Source: the human T2T-CHM13v2.0 reference genome, Homo sapiens. Taken from it: 64,000 nt of DNA. Position numbers and translations under genes: made by a program. Each line of letters starts with the position of its first letter. The stretch's first letter is position 1. Of the stretch, positions 1-22,654 are shown piece by piece. Location: the NCBI RefSeq assembly GCF_009914755.1, contig NC_060938.1. The stretch is one strand, 5' to 3'. Under the pieces are notes generated by a model. It saw only the letters and a list, made by a program, of their open reading frames with translations. It made no database searches and was not told the DNA's origin.

Positions 1-681
1 GGCTTTCAATACATGCTGATATCATTATTAGCTTTGGACAACTGTCATGTATGAGTTTTCCTGGGACCTTAATTATATTTAACAACTTTGCCTTTTGACT
101 GGTCAACAGCATTGTCTTGACCACGTGCTGTAGATTAAAGACTTTTAAACTTGTGGAAAATTTAGCAGAGTAGAGCTGTAGCTCTCATATCCCAAAAGGT
201 GGTAACAGTGTAGTTGGGGAAGATATTGATATGATTATAATACATGGAATTTTAGTGTGTAGTACAAGTCAGAATGTGCACTGCTCCCAATCTATAAATA
301 GGGTATGTTTCACGATGATTTTTAAGATAGTACCTTGAAAACTGGAATGCTTTTTTTCATACAGAAAAGGAATCAAGCATGGCCAAAATAATGTAGTATA
401 GAAAAACTAGTTATGCTTATAATTGATTGGCTTAATGTTGATATAGAGCTTAAATGCTCCTAGAATAAAATTGTCCTAAATTTTAACTGGAATGGTAGAA
501 ACATATCTTCCTTCTCTGGGGTTGGGCTATCTCTCTGGTAGCAGGAGGATAAACAAGAACCGTGAAAGAGGAAGGTATAACCATTTGGATGTAGAAGTGG
601 TTTCCAAAGTCAGATGTTCACAATTAGGGCAATTTGAGGGTAATGAGATTCCAACCTTTGTGGCAGAAACAGTACATACTA

Positions 682-1146
<465 letters not shown>

Positions 1147-1721
1147 TCCAAAGAGGAGGAGATTAATGAAAGGTTGAGTGGCCATAGCAGGCTGTAAAAA
1201 GGACATAAAACTTAAACTGAATATTAAAATGTTGATGGCTTCTTATTTACATTTTATATCATTTTCTTATATATTTATTATAGTTAGTTACTTCATGAGT
1301 TAGTCTCTCCATCACCAAATGTCTTAATTATTTGAAGTCTGCCAGTTGACTATTCCCATACTATTGCCATGTCCATGAAGCAACTTTTCAGATGGTAGAG
1401 AGCAAAGGTAGCAAGAGAAGATCTTTAAACCAGGATTTCATACTTCAATGATATGCACCTGACTTAATTATCTGCATTAGAACCATCTGTATTTGAGGAC
1501 TATCTTTCATATAGTTATCTTTCATATTAGAGATATATGAAGGCTGGGAAAATTTCTTTTTTATGTCTCTTATATTCCTACACTGTTCAATTTCATGTTA
1601 AGGTTTATATACTCAACTCTGCTAAGTAAAATTGGAAAAGTGTGCATTTTCTTGAAAGCTAACAGAATGTGTTTGAAAATGCAGTTTCAAAAATCTGGGT
1701 TTTAGATCTATATGACAAATA

Positions 1722-1960
1722 TGTGGTACAGGAGAAAGATCGTAAGACTTGGAATTAGAAGACTCAGGAGTTGGTCTTGTTGGCTCAGTTTCTTAAGTCT
1801 GTGATCTTAGTGAAGGCATTGACCTCTTTGAGACTCAGTTTCTTCATCTGGCAGAAGTAGGTAATAATATAGGCCCATTTATCACATAGGAGGTTGTGAG
1901 GTTCAAATAAGATAAACAGAAAATGACACTGCATTAGAAATGACTCCATAAATCCGCTTT
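1722..1960 (+). mobile_element. MIR SINE
   Basis: Core motif ctctttgagactcagtttcttcatctg...ggttgtgaggttcaaataagat. Confidence 0.75.
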
Positions 1961-2074
1961 ATTATTCTCTTGGCCTTGAATTGCAATATTAGGGCTTGTA
2001 TGCCAAGGCTTCTAGAGTCGAATGGTATCTTAAAATACCAATTAGTCTATCCTACTGCCATGAAGAAAATAAAT

Positions 2075-2170
2075 AAGGGAATATAATCTTATTTTATAAA
2101 TGCAGAAATTGAGACCTAAAGAAGTTAACTGACATATGCATTGTCAAATAGACTACGAGTCCTGGAACTC
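2075..2170 (-). mobile_element. MIR fragment
   Basis: attttataaatgcagaaattgagacctaaagaagttaactgac is the reverse MIR core. Confidence 0.6.
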
Positions 2171-2180
2171 GCAGGATAGT

Positions 2181-2601
2181 TGTGTTAGTCTATTGGTGTT
2201 ATTCTGAAGGAATGCCTGAGACTGAGTAATTTATAAAGACAAGAGGTTTATTTGTCTCATGGTTCTACAGGCTGTACAGGCATGGCACCAGCACCTACTC
2301 AGTTTGTGGTGAGACCTCAGGAAGCTTACAATCATGGCAGAAGGTGAAGAGGGAGCCAGCGTATCACATGGCTAGAGAGAGAGCAACAGACAGATGGAGG
2401 AAGTGCCAGGTTCTTTTAAAAAACATCCAGATCTCACTTGGACTCATAGAGTGAGAACTCACTCATTACCATGAGGACAGCACCAACCTATTGACAAAGG
2501 ATACAGCCTCATGAACCAAACACCTACCACTAGGCCCACCTCCAACACAGGAGGTACATTTCAACATGAGATTGGAGGGGACAGAACATCCAAACCATAT
2601 C
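2181..2601 (-). mobile_element. MaLR solo LTR (MSTB-like)
   Basis: tgtgttagtc...gtaatttataaag...aggaagcttacaatcatggcagaagg...catccaaaccatatc. Confidence 0.85.
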
Positions 2602-2721
2602 TTTAGTGTTATTTCCATTATATCGACTAGCTTTTGCAAAACATAATGAATTTCATTACAGTAGAATATTTTTAAAGTGTACAATTGTTTATTGCCTTGA
2701 AAACAAAGACACATAATTTTA

Positions 2722-3880
2722 AATTTTTTCATTGTTTAAATTGACATATAATAATTATTCACATCTATGGGGTACATAGTGATGTTCTGGTATATATATA
2801 TATCAAATGCATGGTGATCAGATCAGGGTAATTTGCATATCCTTCATCTCAAACATTTATCATTTTATTGTGTTGTGAACATTCAAAATCCTACTTCTAG
2901 CTATTTGAAACTGTATATTATTGTTAACTATAGTCATCCTACAGTGGTATAGAACACTAGTGCTTATTCCTCCTATATAGCCCTAATTTTGTATCTTTTA
3001 ATTTTAATTTCGAATCTCCTTATTCCTGCTTCCCCCTACCATTCCAAGCTTCTAGTATCCTCTGTTTTACTTTTTACTTCTATGAGATCAACTATTTTTA
3101 GCTTCTGCATATGGATGAGAATATATGATGTTTAACTTTGTGTTCCTGTCTTATTTCACTTAACGTATGTCCTCCAGTTCCATCCATTCATCCTGTTGAC
3201 AGGATTTCATTTTTTTATGGCTGAATAATATTGCATTGTGTATATACATCATATTTTCTTTATTCATTCATCTTTTATTGGACATCTAGGTTGATTTCAT
3301 ATTTTGGCTACTGTGAATAGTGCTGCAGTAAACATAAGCGTGCAGATATCTCTTGGATATACTGTTTTCCTTTCCTTTGGATACATGCTCCGTAGCAAGA
3401 TTGCTGGATCACACGGTAGTTCTATCTGTAGTTTTTTGAGGAATCTCTGCACTTTTCTCCATTGTGATTGTGCTAGCTTATGTTCCACTCAACTGTGTAT
3501 GAGTTTCTTTTTCTCTACATCCTTGCCAGCATTTGTTATTTTTTTATCTTTTAGATAATAACCTTCCTAACTGGGGTGAGATACCTCATTATGGTTTTGA
3601 TTTACATTTCTCTGATGATTAGTGATGTTGAGATGTTGAGCATTTTTTTCTTATGCCTGTTGGCCAGGTGTATGTCTTCTTTTTGAGAAATGTCTATTCA
3701 GATCATTTACCCATTTTAAAATAACTGTGTTTTTCCTTTTGCTGTTGAGATGTTTGAGTTCCCTGTATATTCTAGACATTAGTTCCCTGTTGGATGGATA
3801 GTTTGCAAATATTTTCTGTCATTCTGGAGGTTGTCTTTTCACTCTGTTGATTGTTTTCTTTGCTATGCAGAAGCTTTTCC
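2722..3880 (-). mobile_element. L1MA-type 3' end (5'-truncated)
   Basis: L1MA 3'UTR motifs (ggggtacatagtgatg, gatcagggtaatt); ORF 3297..3488 resembles the ORF2p C-terminus (IELPCDPAILL). Confidence 0.85.
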
Positions 3881-5370
3881 TTTAAAGAAGAGATATGGAA
3901 TGTCTGTAATAGCTACCACTTTCAGAGTGTGAGTTTAGAACTTAGGGAACAGAACACCCATAACTGTACTTCTTAGAAGAGTATACAGTTTAATTTAAAA
4001 TATCATTAGAATGCAGAAGAGTTTGTATTTGGCCCTTTCTACTTGAGTGACTAAGATCACTAAACATTGTACAGGTTACTCATCAATGCCAAATTTGTGA
4101 GAATCAGAGCGGGAATGAGTATCTTGTAAATAAATAGAAGAGTATTTACAATGTTTGCTAATTAAAACAATTGATATTATTTAAGTAAAAAGGAGGCTAA
4201 GCCATTATTGAGCATCTTACCAAGTGATTAAGAAAAATCGATGAAGCTCAGCCTCAGACTGCTAAAGGCTATAAATTGGGAAAAATTACACTTATCCAAC
4301 ATTTGCCTTACTTTATCCCTATGGATTTAGGAAGCTATTAGTGAGTTGTGTATGCAGGGAATCAACAAACTACATTATATATTACTCTCCTGATGAGTTA
4401 CCACTCTAGCAATATCAAAGCAACTTAAAAATAATGAGCAAAATGAAAATAAGATCAGTAAACAACTAGCAGAATTTTTTTATGTCTCTGGTCTAAGAGA
4501 GGATTTATCAACTGTAGTTTAGCACTAATTGCTACAAAATGCTAAACAGAATTTTTCAATCTTGCTTGGCTATTTTCTTTCCACTCACAGCATTCACTGT
4601 GGTCAAAAGCTTTTTGCAGTAGGCTGTGAACCTTGATTTATAGCTATTTGAATAGGACAGAAGCTTGAGAAAATTGTCTGTAGTGATATCATTTAATTAG
4701 CTCATTACTATGCTTGATATAAGGTGGTAGAATATGGTTCTTTATAGTAAAGTCTCAAGTAAACAAATACAAGTTTAGCTATTTACTAATATTTTTCCAG
4801 TTGGACAAATTGAGTAGTAAATCTTGAGTGCTTAGGCCTTCTCAGTAGTCTTCTAATACTTCTGTTCAAACAGCAAATGCATGAAAAGAACTTTGTAGTG
4901 TTGATCAGTTACTTCTGGTTTTAAATAAACTCAGAATAGTGGGATGGCAGAATAGAATAACATAACAATTGTATGGTAACATAGTGAGATGGCCCCAACT
5001 TTCCTTAGTCTTTCAGGGCTCTACATTTCCCAAATTTCTCACTTATCCTATTTAACCTAAACTCTGGGTCATTATATATAATGACCCATTTTATGCTTAT
5101 TATGGTTCTTTGATGTCTACAATAAGATGACAACTGTATAAGTTAGAAAAAAGAACATGGCTGATATGATCACAAAAATTTATTACAGATCTCTGAACTA
5201 AGAAATAAAATGAAAGAACTCTGGTCAACTCCTCCGTGTATTTAAAAAGTAGCCCTGTGTTCAGAGAACATTTCTAATTTCCTGAAAGTTTAGGGGTTCA
5301 ATTTTTGATGCAGGAAATTTGTAAAGAGAAGTCAAGTAATCAAAATACATGAATCTTTTCCTCAATTTTT

Positions 5371-5496
5371 TAAAAATTTACTTATTTATTATTATTATAC
5401 TTTAAGTTTTAGGGTACATGTGCACAATGTGCAGTTTAGTTACATGTGTATACATGTGCCATGCTGGTGCGCTGCACCCACTAACTCGTCATCCAG
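5371..5496 (-). mobile_element. Extremely 5'-truncated young L1PA (L1PA2/3-like)
   Basis: ttatactttaagttttagggtacatgtgcac...gctggtgcgctgcacccactaactcgtcat; TSD ctcaattttt at 5361-5370 and 5497-5506. Confidence 0.85.
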
Positions 5497-5778
5497 CTCA
5501 ATTTTTATTTACTAAAGGTATTTAAAAATGGTGACTTGAGAAGTCTTTTGGGAAAGTAGGCAAAGAATTGTACATATTGCTAAAACGAAATGCTAAATTG
5601 CTAAAACGTGTCATTAGTTAAAAACATACTATGAATAGTTTCTAAAATAACCTTTTACAATTAAATTTTTAATGAGTTTGTATTATTTCATTAAATGGAA
5701 TGAAATAATTGGTTAACTAATTCTTACTAGTGTTCTTTTAGGTTATTGGCCATATTTTTAGTGTCATAGGTTGAATAT

Positions 5779-5948
5779 TGTGTATATGTTTGTATGTATC
5801 AATGTATGTATGTGTGTATATATATATGCATATACATGTGTGTATGTATTTGTGTGTGTGTGTATATATACAAATGTATGAATATATTTATATATATATA
5901 AAATGAATATTTTATATATATATATGTGTGTATATATATATATATATA
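5779..5948. repeat. (TA)n/(TG)n low-complexity microsatellite
   Basis: Seen directly. Confidence 0.9.
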
Positions 5949-6101
5949 AAAAAATGTGTTGGGTCAGTGGACATGCCCTTTAAAATTTTTGTTGCATATT
6001 ACCTAATTGGTGTGCAGAAAATCTGTATCACTTTGTATTCCATAAAAAATATGAGAGAGTGCCTGTTTACCTGCATCCTTGACAACAGTGGGTATTATCA
6101 T

Positions 6102-7118
6102 TACTAAAGTAAAACTAAAATGGAAATCAGGCTTGAAAAATTCCTAAGCAAACAAAATCAAAGGCCTTAAGAATAGCCTTAATCTTGCTAAAATTACAAA
6201 CTTAAGTGAATCTTACTTTAGGTGATAACTACAAATATAAGCAAAACTTAACTTGGGTCATTTGCAATAAATGCTTATGTTAGGCAGAATTAAAACTTAA
6301 CCCCAGCCAATTATAAGCAGCCAACTGTTAACAGACTATGACATCTGCAAAGGAAAAAGAGAAAGCTTTCTTTTCTATCAAAAAAAAAACAATCTGAAGA
6401 TTGGGGAAGCACAGCCATTGGTACAAATCAAAATGTGCTCTCCAAAGGAGGAAGGAAAACTCTGGTTTAAATGAGAAAAGTTCTCCCCTGATTCTCAATC
6501 AGGTCCATTTATGCACATGAAGGATTCAAACTTGTCAGTTGTGATTGGTCAAAATAGTTGAGCTCTGATTGGGTGGATTCCAAGCCCCAAACCAGAAGTC
6601 TCTATCAGATGTTTATTTCATATGTTAGCGGGGGTGGTAAGATGTGGGTTGGGGGTGGGGTTCCTACTGCAGTTTATCCTGACACCAAAAATGGGAACTG
6701 GTTTGGTTTGATTGTAGAAAGGAAGGTCCTGTGACATTTTCACAACATCTTTCTGAGAACACAGAATACATGACTGCTCTTTTACCCAGGCTACTTGATT
6801 CTGTATAACCTTTAGCACTTCAGTTAGCCATAGGAAGTCCATTTTGTCTGTCAGCCAGTGGACCTTAACACCACTAACATAGGATTATATGACTAGGGAC
6901 TTTCCAACAAGGTACCTATAAAGGGGCAATTTTATAATTGCAAGCCAATTAAATAATTTCTTTATTTTGCTTCTGCATTTTCCCAATAAATACTTATATC
7001 AGACATTTTGTCACTGGAATGTTAAACCTTTTTCCATCTGGCATTTCCCAATTCATGAATGCTTCTCATCCAAATAAGCTCTTTAAAATGTTATTATGCC
7101 TCAGAGTTTTCTTTTACA
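6102..7118 (+). mobile_element. ERV1 MER4-group solo LTR (MER67/MER57-like), split by a nested LTR
   Basis: aaagtaaaactaaaatggaaatcaggc...agcagccaac, resuming at gactagggactttccaac...aataaa...ttttaca. Confidence 0.65.
6326..6870 (-). mobile_element. Nested solo LTR in the opposite orientation
   Basis: Bounded by tgttaa...ttaaca with near-TSD caac/ccac; host LTR sequence resumes after it; family not identified. Confidence 0.6.
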
Positions 7119-7201
7119 TAATTTAAATAAATCTTTAGCAATTTCCTAGGTAAAAGTTGCACCTTTTTGTTTTAATTTTAATTCCTTCCGTTACTAGTGA
7201 G

Positions 7202-7500
7202 TTTTTGTTTGTTTTAGAGAGAGGGTCTCGCTCTGATACCCAGGCTGGAAAGCTGTGGTGTCATCACAGCTCACTGAAGCCCTAAACTACTGGGCTCAAG
7301 CTATCTTCCCACCTTAGCCTCCTGAGTAGCTAGGGCTACAGGCACATGCCACCATGTCCAGATAATTTTTTAATTTTTTGTAGAGACAGCGTCTCACTGT
7401 GTTGCCCAGGCTTGTTTTGATCTCCTGGCTCAAATGATCCTCCTGCTTTAGGCCTCCCAAAGAGAACAGTGATTACAGGTGTAAGCTGCCATGTCCAACC
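7202..7500 (-). mobile_element. AluJ
   Basis: agggtctcgctc, tgggctcaagc and gttgcccaggct diagnostics; degenerate TSD tactagtgag/tactagtaag. Confidence 0.9.
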
Positions 7501-8237
7501 CTACTAGTAAGGTTTTGACTATTTCTCTTTCTTGAATTGTTGACTTATAGCTATTGCTTGTTTTTATTATTCGTAGGTTATTTTTTTCTCTATTTAGTTC
7601 ACTTGGTGTCACATAGAAGTTAAAATGTTTCTTCTCTCATGTGTCACTTGCATTGACTGTTTGTCATATTCTTTGTGACTTGTGGATGTGTTTAATTTTT
7701 ACTAAGTCAAGTATCTATTTGATGATATCTGCTTTCTGTGGCACACCGCGAAAGGTGTTTTCCATCCTGAGATCTATTAAATATTTTTCTTCTAGAAATT
7801 TTATTTTTTTATATGTAAATAATAAATTATTTAAGAAAGCATTTTCTGTTGTCATGTATGCATCTAATTCTAGTTTTTTCAATCTTTAGCCAGTTATTTT
7901 TTAAACCATTTGCTGATAATATCCCCTTTCCTCACAGATTTGAAATGTTCCCTATATTAGATACTAAATTCCTATGGGCATTAGAGTAACTTTTAGGATC
8001 TTAATTCTGTTTCTTTGCTTTTTCATGCATTCTTGTACTAGTGCGAGAATAATTGTTGAGGCTTTAAAGTACATATTAACATCTGGTTCTACAAGTTCTA
8101 CTACCTTCCGTTTACACATATGTTCTTGTCTATTCTTGATTACCCTTCCAGATGAAGAGTAATTTTGAATTAATGTTTCAAGTTATAAAACAATTTCCAA
8201 TGGGATTTTCGTTAAGTTTTTTAACTAATTGTGAGAA

Positions 8238-8700
8238 TTGTGTAATATAGTGGTTTCAAATGGTATCTTGACCCAGTTTGAGGCCCTGGCTAGAGAGTAG
8301 TCACTTTTTTTCTTGAACATTTGATTTTGTTCACACCCCAATCATGTACCCCAAACTCTGGGCCACTATGCATCAACCCAAATTGCCCCATAGCCAGATA
8401 CCAGGCAACAAGGGCCAGTGCCTAGTCCTCAGAGCTCACTGAAATTATTCACACCAGCCAATCTTAAACCTACTTGCCCTGCTTCACAGTTTCATTCCTG
8501 CAGAAACCACAATAAAGGGACGTGCCCTCAGTTGCCCTGTCTCCCTCTGCCTCATGACTGACCGCGGTGCATGACCTGAGTGGCCTTGTGTGGCCTGCTG
8601 CTTTCTCCCCAGTGAACTGTGAATTGTGAGTATACAAAACTGTAAAACTCTTTCTAGTTTCTCTTTCTTGATCTGTTCTCACTATACGTCAATGAATATA
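8238..8700 (+). mobile_element. ERVL solo LTR (MER74/MER73-like)
   Basis: atcttgacccagtttgaggccctggct...gaaattattcacaccagccaatc...gaaaccacaataaagg. Confidence 0.65.
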
Positions 8701-8869
8701 CTATGGAGGTATAACAAATTGTTATAATATTCGCTTTTCTCAACCAGAAAAAATATAGTAGTTTAAAAACAGTATTATCAACACGTAAATGTTTAGATAA
8801 ATCTGAGTATACATTTTAAGAATACAAAGGGTAAACAACACATAGGCAAACTTTAAGGTAAATAACTTA

Positions 8870-9745
8870 CAGGTTGCCTATATGTTGATGACTCTCTAGT
8901 TTGTGTCCTGACCTCTAAGTGTCAGGTTTATATTTTGAGCTGTTTACTTGACCTCTGAACTTAGCTATATAATGGTTGTTTTACAGTTAACATACCCCAA
9001 ACTGAATTCTTTGTTTTCTTTAAATTTGCTCCTACTCTGTAGTTTTCTCACTCTTAGTTGACACCATCCCCATACACAAATTTTCTAGAGCTAAAAACTT
9101 GAGTCAATCTTTATTTCTATCTTCCATCATTCCCCACCCAGTCCATCCATTAATCCTGTTAACTGTCTCTTCAGAAGTAAATGCAGATTCTTTTCATTTT
9201 TCGTCATCTCCACTACTGTCATCCTGGCCCAAGTTCCATCATCTTTTACCTGCACCACTTCCTTAAGCTTCTGTTGGTCTTTCAGTAACCAGTCTTAGCC
9301 CATTTCAATATAGTTGCTATAATGCAATCAGAATGAAATAAACTTTTAACCATGACTCGTGCTATGCCCTCCAATGGCTCATGATTGTTGCTTTATCTCC
9401 TATTCTGTCTCTTACTGTGACAATGCCACACTGGTCTTCTTTCTGTTCTTTGAGTGTTCCAAGCTCTTTTGGACATCAAGGCTTTTGCACTTTCTAGACC
9501 CTCTTTCTCAGATCTTCACAAGATTGCCTTCTTTTAAGTTCTCTTAAATTCAGTTCTCAGGTCAGACACCTTCTGAATTTCCTATTTTCTTCAAAACATA
9601 TATGATACTTGAAAAGTATTTTGCTCATTTAACTATGTGCATATTGTTCTATTTTCCAAATCATTAGAATGCCCTTGTTAGAGCAGGTGCCTTGCTTTTC
9701 ATCTCCATCAATGGATCTCCCCTATCTACAATGGTGCCTCTTCAC
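8870..9745 (+). mobile_element. L2 3' region
   Basis: gttgatgactc...aactgaattcttg...gccacactggtcttctttctgttctttgag...ggcttttgcact. Confidence 0.75.
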
Positions 9746-9759
9746 TCATAATGCTTGGT

Positions 9760-10045
9760 TGGGGAGTGGGGTGAAAAGAAGTTGGTTAATGAGTATAAAA
9801 ACATAATTAGAAGGAATAAGCTATAGTATTTGATAGGACAATGGGGAATTTATAGGTAACAATAGTTTATTGTATATTTCAAAATTGTAAGAATATTTGA
9901 AATGTTCTCAGTGCAAAGAAAAGACAAATATTTGAGGCAACGGATATTCCAATTAACCTGATTTGATCATTACACATTGTATACATGTATCTATATATCA
10001 CATGTACTCCCAAAATATGTACAACTATGATATATCAATTTAAAG
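9760..10045 (+). mobile_element. L1MA 3' end fragment
   Basis: ttggttaatgagtataaaaacataattaga...ctgatttgatcattacacattgtatacatg. Confidence 0.8.
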
Positions 10046-10511
10046 CCCATATAAGTCAATTCAATACATTAAGACATAAGTTCCAAACTTTGAGGTCACA
10101 AGGAAGCATATTCTAGCTTAAGTAATTGGGGAAAACAATAAAAACAGGTTACTTATGTAACAATAACATAAAGCTAAAAGATCTTTATAACCTAAAAATA
10201 AAAAACAACCACAAACCCAATAACTGAAGTCAAGAGAAAATTATCAGCTTATTATGCTATAATGTTGTTGAAGTAGTAAATATTAAATAATAGGGATATT
10301 AAATAACATTTAGCCTCTCCCTCATTCTCTATTCTCTGTCAGGTAAACAAAATAAGAAATGTTTTTAGGTTGAAATCTTGAATTATAAGTTAGTTTTGAA
10401 GACATAATAAGTTTTTATATATGTTTCATGTATTCCGAAATTAATTCAATGGAAGACTTGGTATTAGCTATGCTCTTTGCTAATTGATCTTTTATTTAAA
10501 AGTAAAAAAAA

Positions 10512-10799
10512 TTTTTTTTTGAGATGGAGCCTCACTCTGTCGCCCAGGCTGGAGTGCAGTGGTGTGATCTCAGCTCACTGCAACCTCCACCTCCCATGTG
10601 CAAGCTGTTCTCTGCCTCAGCCTCCCAAGTAGCTGGGATTAAAGGCACCCGGCACCATCCCTGGCTAAGTTTTGCATTTTTAGTAGAAACGGGGTTTCAC
10701 CACCTTGGCCAGGCTGGTCTTGAACTCCTGACCTCGTGATCCACCTGCCTCAGCCTCCCAAAGTGCTGAGATTACAGACATGAGCCACCGTGCCTGGTC
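10512..10799 (-). mobile_element. AluS
   Basis: Full dimer in reverse orientation (gagatggagcctcactctgtcgcccaggc...gagccaccgtgcctgg). Confidence 0.95.
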
Positions 10800-10988
10800 A
10801 AAAATAAGATTCTTAATTTAGAATATTCCCTTCAATTTTAAGATTTTAAGGATAATATTCACCAATTTCTGAAAAAGTTGTATTGGTCAATATATATTAT
10901 TTAACTCTGATTTAGAATAAGTTAGATTGTAGTTTATATAGTGTAAGAATACTTTTTCTGATAATGACTTATATAATATGTTGATTAT

Positions 10989-11374
10989 TGTATTAGTCCA
11001 TTTTCACACTGCTATAAAGTTACTACCTGAGTTACTACCTAAATTACCTGGGTGATTTATAAACAGAAGAGGTTTAATTGATTCACAGTTCTGCATGGCT
11101 GGGGAGGTCTCAGGAAACTTACAGTCATGTCAGAAGGCAAAGGAGAAGCAAGTACCTTTTTCACAAGGTGGTAGGAGAGAGACAGATAGCACAGGAGCAA
11201 CTGCCACAGGCTTTTAAACCATGAGATCTTGTGAGAACTCCCTCACTATCATAAGAACAGCATGGGGGAACCACCCCCATGATCCAATCACCTCCTACCA
11301 GGTCCCTCTTTTGACACCTGGGGATTACAATTTGGGATGAGATTTGGGTGAGGACACAGAACCAAATCATATCA
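10989..11374 (-). mobile_element. MaLR solo LTR (THE1D/MSTA-like)
   Basis: tgtattagtcc...caaatcatatca with 5-bp TSD attat/attac. Confidence 0.9.
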
Positions 11375-11599
11375 ATTACAGTTCAGCTTAATAACTGTCC
11401 TACTAAAAAGACACAATTTAATTTTCTAATTGACCATTGCAGGTATATTCTCTCCAAGTATAGTCCTTTGTCAGTTAAGTGTTTATGAGTGTCAAAACCT
11501 CTCCTGCAAAATGGAATGAATAGCTCTGTCCTGTCATATGCTACTAAAAGATAAAAGAAACAAAAGCCTTGGTAGAGCACTGTGCAATCATCGGAGTGG

Positions 11600-11855
11600 G
11601 AGGAAACATCTATTATCTGTTTCCGATGAACCAAGCATTGTCCTAAAGCGATATGCAATATATCCTTTGCATAAAGTTAATCTCACAGCAACCTGATGAT
11701 GCCAACAGCATTATTTTATGATTTTTTACCCGCTTTACAAATGACATCTATAACACTTAGAGAGGTTAAATAACATGTCCAAGGTCATACAACTAGTAAG
11801 TGGCATAGCTAGGATTTTAAACTTAGGAATTCCAACCCTAGATTCTCATGTCTCT
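11600..11855 (-). mobile_element. MIR
   Basis: agagaggttaaataacatgtccaaggtcatacaactagtaagtggca. Confidence 0.75.
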
Positions 11856-12081
11856 TGTCTCCTAGTCCTTTGTGTAGTTTAGTTTTGAATATTTTGTGTG
11901 TGACAAAAGTTTACCATGAATTGCCTTGAAACATGGAGATAGGTACAACTTTGTGAGAGTGTGTGAAGGAGAGTACAAAGGTCTGGGAAGTGTACTGCAT
12001 GGGTGAGTGTGGGAACACCAGTATTCTCCTAACACAAGTGTATGCATCTCACAACAGAAGACCTTCTATCAGCCATGACTA

Positions 12082-12633
<552 letters not shown>

Positions 12634-12829
12634 CTACTATAAATGAAATATTAATTTCGTTATTTAGTTTTCACTTTACATGTCTTTGTTTGTTAATAAT
12701 TGTAGGCCATTATTCTCTATTAAAAAAACAAAGACTGCCTTTCTATTCTCAAAACAACATTTATTTGAGGTGGATATATGCTTTCTGGATGAAAAAATAT
12801 TTTCAGAATAAATTTCAAATTTAATGTGT

Positions 12830-13305
12830 TAAATGGTTGTTTACCACCAGAGTAATCCTATGTAACAAACTCCCACGAAACTTCAGTTCTTACGACAAGC
12901 TTTTATTGCTTTCATGGAGTAGGACTGGCTAGTTAGGCAGCTTTGCTGGTCTTGGTTGGGCTTATGCACTGAGGGTCAGCTTTCTAAGGCTGATCTAACC
13001 TGGCCTGGCTGAGACAACAGATGGGACTCAGCCCTTACTCATGTGTTTCTCATCTCTCTGTAGACTAATTGAGGCATATTTTGTGACTATGGCAGAGGCA
13101 AAAAAGTACAAACAAGTAAGTGCTTCTTCAAACCTTATTTATATATTGTCTTCTAGAATCTCATTTGTCAAAGGAAGTCACGTGGTCAAGCTAAGAATCA
13201 AGGGTTGGGAAAATATACCTTTTGAAAGAGGGTGGTAAAAAGTCACACGACAAAGACCGTGAATGCAGGGAGGGGTGAAGAATTGGGGCTATTAATGTAA
13301 TCAAT
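12830..13305 (-). mobile_element. MLT1 (J/I-like) LTR
   Basis: tgtaacaaac...aagtcacgtggtcaagc...ggggtgaagaattggggc. Confidence 0.6.
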
Positions 13306-13399
13306 GGTTAGATGGCAGTATTTTTAAATTATTTCTAGCCATCTCAATCAGGTAAGTTAATATAATTAAAACCCATCATTAATAATATTGGCTTTAGTA

Positions 13400-14440
13400 G
13401 AAACAATCATATTCTTTCTTTTTCATTACTTTAATTTTAGGGGAGCTTTAATATCTGGTTGTACAGGCTACTCTTATAATTCTTTTTAAAGATTTTCTTG
13501 GTTATTCTCACCTACAGTTTTTGTTCTTGCAGAACTTTAGGATCGTTTTGAGAAGTTTAATTTCCCATGGGTTTTGACTAGATTTGCACTAACATCTATA
13601 AACTATATTGAATCATTCAATTCACAAACATGTTACATCTTTCCATTTATTCAGGTCTTCTTTTATGTAACTCCATAAAATTTAATAGTTCTCTTTCCAA
13701 AAGTCCTGCACATTTCCTAGTAGCTTTATGCCTAAGTCATCTATATTGCTGTTGTTATAGTAGATGTAATCATTTTTAATTTTTTTCTTTTACTTAATTA
13801 TGCAGCAGTACATGAATACAAGTCATTACAAAACATTAAAGACGAGTAAAACCAAACACTCTTGTCATTAATCCTACAAACCCTCACTCCTCCCACCAAA
13901 GGGGACATCTCTAAAGAGTTGGGCTCATGTCTGTCAATACAATTTTCCATGCTCCTTAAATATTGTTGAGTTTTTGGCTTTGTTATGTTTTGCATTAACA
14001 AGATTGTACTATGGATTTTCTTTATGACTTTTCTTATAGCAGTGTTGTCTTAGAAAAGTTTCCAGGTCGGTAGATATGGCTATACCTATAGTTGCATATT
14101 ATGCTATCATAAGAATTGGACAACATTTGATACATTTCCCTCCTAATGGACATTTAAGTCACTTCAGGCTTTTCGCGATGAAAGCGCTATTTTACCAAAC
14201 ATACATATATATATGTTTATGTGCATATTTTATGCTAGTATTTTTGTAGGCGAGATTTATGAAGATGGGAGTTCTGGGTCAGCATATGAGCATTTTAAGA
14301 AATTGAAAGCTACTATCAAATTGCCCTGAAAGAAGGATTTACCACCTTGTGCCAACATTCTGAAAAAGTTAACTTTCCCACACCCTATTTTATTATGAAT
14401 ATGGATCTCTCATCTGTTTTATATGCATCCCATGCTGTCA
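13400..14440 (-). mobile_element. Old L1M fragments
   Basis: Degenerate ORF2/3'UTR motifs (tttccatttattcaggtcttc; taatggacatttaag). Confidence 0.5.
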
Positions 14441-14445
14441 TTTTC

Positions 14446-21676
<7,231 letters not shown>

Positions 21677-21715
21677 AATCATATTCTATCTTGTTATGCA
21701 TGCATATGTAATGAA

Positions 21716-21716
21716 G

Positions 21717-21787
<71 letters not shown>
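21716..21787. repeat. (GCTT)n(TTTC)n compound microsatellite derived from an Alu tail
   Basis: Seen directly, abutting an Alu 3' end. Confidence 0.9.

Positions 21788-22654
<867 letters not shown>

Larger units (their letters stand above)
5955..8235 (-). mobile_element. Old L1M (L1ME-like) fragments interrupted by LTRs and an AluJ
   Basis: Degenerate L1 3' motifs (gagagtgcctgtttacctgcatccttgacaacagtgggtattatc; ttttcttctagaaattttat). Confidence 0.5.
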
